From assembly GCA_041303575.1 (NCBI GenBank), contig JBFYOY010000037.1, positions 10,711-74,710 of the forward strand: a stretch of DNA of 64,000 nt. Reading direction: 5' to 3'. Made by a program: the position numbers and the translations under genes. Source of the DNA: Actinomycetes bacterium. Lineage in GTDB: Bacteria; Actinomycetota; Actinomycetes; Nanopelagicales; Nanopelagicaceae. Positions within the stretch are counted from its first letter, which is position 1. Each line of letters opens with the position of its first letter. Shown in pieces: positions 62,179 to 64,000 of this stretch. Below the pieces are notes generated by a model. That model was not told the origin of the DNA. It ran no database searches and worked only from the letters and a program-made list of their open reading frames with translations.

Positions 62179-62711
62179 TAGCTCGCCTCCCCTTCAATAC
62201 TGACTTCATCTCGCCCATCGATCTCACTGAGCAATACCCTCACCGATTGAGATTTTGAGGTTGGAAGATTTTTTCCTACAAAGTCAGCCTTGATGGGCAA
62301 CTCTCGATGTCCTCTATCAACAAGGGTTGCAAGCTGGACGGTACGAGGACGGCCGATCTCACCTAATGCATCCAGTGCTGAACGAATTGTCCGTCCAGAA
62401 AACAAAACATCATCCACCAGGATTACATCCATATCTTCGATTCCGGAGGGTGGAATAGTCGTGGGCATAATCGCCTTGGGTGCACGCAACCGAAGATCAT
62501 CACGAAAGAGCGTGATATCCAAAGTTCCGCAGGGGGTCGGTGTACTTTCAATCTCAGAGATGATCGCTGCTATTCGGTGGGCAAGATGTGCTCCACGAGT
62601 AGGTATTCCAAGCAGAATGATTGATGAGGAGCCTTGATTTCTCTCAAGGATCTCATGTGAAATACGGGTAAGAGCACGTTTAATGTCGGGTGCAGACAGG
62701 GCTACGCTCAT
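62178..62711 (-). CDS. pyrR: Pyrimidine operon regulator / uracil PRTase
   Basis: [37 protein letters not shown]; ATG 62711 after AAAGGAG. Confidence 0.95.
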   Translation of the reverse strand: MSVALSAPDIKRALTRISHEILERNQGSSSIILLGIPTRGAHLAHRIAAIISEIESTPTPCGTLDITLFRDDLRLRAPKAIMPTTIPPSGIEDMDVILVDDVLFSGRTIRSALDALGEIGRPRTVQLATLVDRGHRELPIKADFVGKNLPTSKSQSVRVLLSEIDGRDEVSIEGEAS

Positions 62712-62716
62712 GTAAA

Positions 62717-62753
62717 TCTCCTTTCCCACCTCTCGGGATGGGTTGTTAAAGGA
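62717..62753 (-). promoter_or_regulatory. PyrR-binding RNA loop overlapping the pyrR SD
   Basis: Minus strand TCCTTTAACAACCCATCCCGAGAGGTGGGAAAGGAGA: CUUUAA and UCCNGNGAGG PyrR consensus segments; TCCTTT pairs with the AAAGGA SD. Confidence 0.8.
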
Positions 62754-62835
62754 TGCAGGCGCGATACTAGCACCCATTAACTTCGCCTGTGGATATGCAC
62801 AAATGCAGGGTGTCCTCTTTCAATACCCTGCGCCG

Positions 62836-63315
62836 ATGAAGATAGAGGAACAACTCGCAGCGCTCCAAGCCAGATTACGCTCAATTCGAGAGTCTCAAGG
62901 ATTAACTCTCAGCCAGGTCGCAGCCAAGAGCAATGGCGGCTTATCAGCTATCGCTCTTGGTTCATATGAGCGTGGAGACAGATCAATCAGCGCTTATAAA
63001 CTGCTGGAGATTTCAAATCTTTACCAGGTTCCGGTTGCCGAGATATTCAAAGCACCAGAAAAGAGTTTGGAAACCGGACGGGTAATCATTGATCTTCGAA
63101 AGCTCAATAGCAGTTACGATGATTTATCCAAGAGATTTAAAGTGATTGTTGAAAAGATTGCAGCTATGCGAAATGACTGGAACGGTGAGCTACTGTCGAT
63201 GCGAGCCAGCGACATAGCATCACTGCACTCTTTTGCAGGATTTTCAGCCAGCGAGCTTCAAGATTTAATTAACCGTTTTGCTCTAGCTAAATTGGATCCG
63301 ATTAAATCGAGATAG
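62836..63315 (+). CDS. bldD: BldD-like XRE transcription regulator
   Basis: RLRSIR..QGLTL.QV..S.G..A.ALGSYERGDR HTH; IDL; RND-X8-RASD; pyrR-bldD-nusB synteny; ATG 62836 after TACCCT-N6. Confidence 0.8.
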   Translation: MKIEEQLAALQARLRSIRESQGLTLSQVAAKSNGGLSAIALGSYERGDRSISAYKLLEISNLYQVPVAEIFKAPEKSLETGRVIIDLRKLNSSYDDLSKRFKVIVEKIAAMRNDWNGELLSMRASDIASLHSFAGFSASELQDLINRFALAKLDPIKSR

Positions 63316-63724
63316 TGTCCTTGATGCTTGCGATTCGACCCAAAACACCATGAATATACTTTGAAGAATCATCACTAGAGAGCTCTTTAGCCAAAACCAA
63401 AGACTCATCGATGGCAACACTTGTTGGTACATCGATTGACCAAAGAATTTCGTAGATACCAAGACGCAATATATTTCGATCAACAGCAGGCAATCGATCC
63501 ATATCCCACCCCTGGGCATAGGTAGTGATTAACTCATCTATCTTTCGACGATTATCTGAAACTCCATTTACCAACTCTTTGGTGTATTCACGAATAGGTC
63601 GGGCATCGGGACCGTCAGCTGGAACATCACGTGAAACTAGAGTCTCTACTAAATTGGTTCCTCGAATATCTGTCTCATACAAAAGATCAAGCGCTTGTTT
63701 ACGCGCCTTGCTACGTGCGGACAC
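63302..63724 (-). CDS. nusB: Transcription antitermination factor NusB
   Basis: ARSKARKQAL..LY, W..DRLPAVDRNILR, VAIDE, YIHGVLG. Confidence 0.95.
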   Translation of the reverse strand: MSARSKARKQALDLLYETDIRGTNLVETLVSRDVPADGPDARPIREYTKELVNGVSDNRRKIDELITTYAQGWDMDRLPAVDRNILRLGIYEILWSIDVPTSVAIDESLVLAKELSSDDSSKYIHGVLGRIASIKDTISI

Positions 63725-64000
63725 TAGTTAGCGCGACCCTGGTATGACCCATCACGTGTATCAACCAAAACAACTTCATCCTGCTTGATAAACAATGGAA
63801 CCTGAATCTCGATACCGGTTTCAACAGTTGCTGGCTTAGTGCCACCAGATGAGCGATCTCCCTGGATACCAGGCTCTGTGTAAGTGATCTTTAATGGGAC
63901 TGATGCTGCCAATTCAATATAAAGCGGATTGCCCTCATTGACAGCAACAATTGCTTCTGTGTTTTCAAGCATGTAGTTAGCGGCATCTCCGACAGTTGCA
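63724..64000 (-). CDS. efp: Elongation factor P (partial, N-terminus outside the window)
   Basis: [35 protein letters not shown]. Confidence 0.95.
   Translation of the reverse strand, partial: ATVGDAANYMLENTEAIVAVNEGNPLYIELAASVPLKITYTEPGIQGDRSSGGTKPATVETGIEIQVPLFIKQDEVVLVDTRDGSYQGRAN

Overview
Core chromosome of a streamlined, moderate-GC actinobacterium. Gene content, near-absent intergenic DNA and Streptomyces-like gene order suggest the freshwater acI/Nanopelagicales lineage (inference, not a database result). The window spans the replication terminus: a 28-bp actinobacterial dif site at 12466-12493 lies where gene orientation flips from + to mostly -. It holds about 67 housekeeping CDSs and tRNA-Leu(GAG). 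The blocks are parA-like/scpAB/rluB/aroH/tyrA/cmk-der; gcvH-garA-ftsR-gcvP; trmI-pafBC-tatAC-helY-lnt; metH/mshC; salvage and transport genes; hisEG; rpe-fmt-def-priA-metK-coaBC-rpoZ; the pyr operon; and bldD-nusB-efp. I found no mobile element, prophage, CRISPR array or clear-cut new multi-gene system. The best leads are: an mIHF-guanylate kinase fusion; a 269-bp AT-rich spacer with repeated TATTTATCGATA motifs; an unclassified structured leader before an NCS2 permease; a BldD orthologue with an intact c-di-GMP motif; absence of the Pup-proteasome block beside retained pafBC; apt starting 1 nt after a tRNA; and pervasive leaderless and bidirectional promoters. Several ORF-track starts were corrected using SD or -10 evidence.
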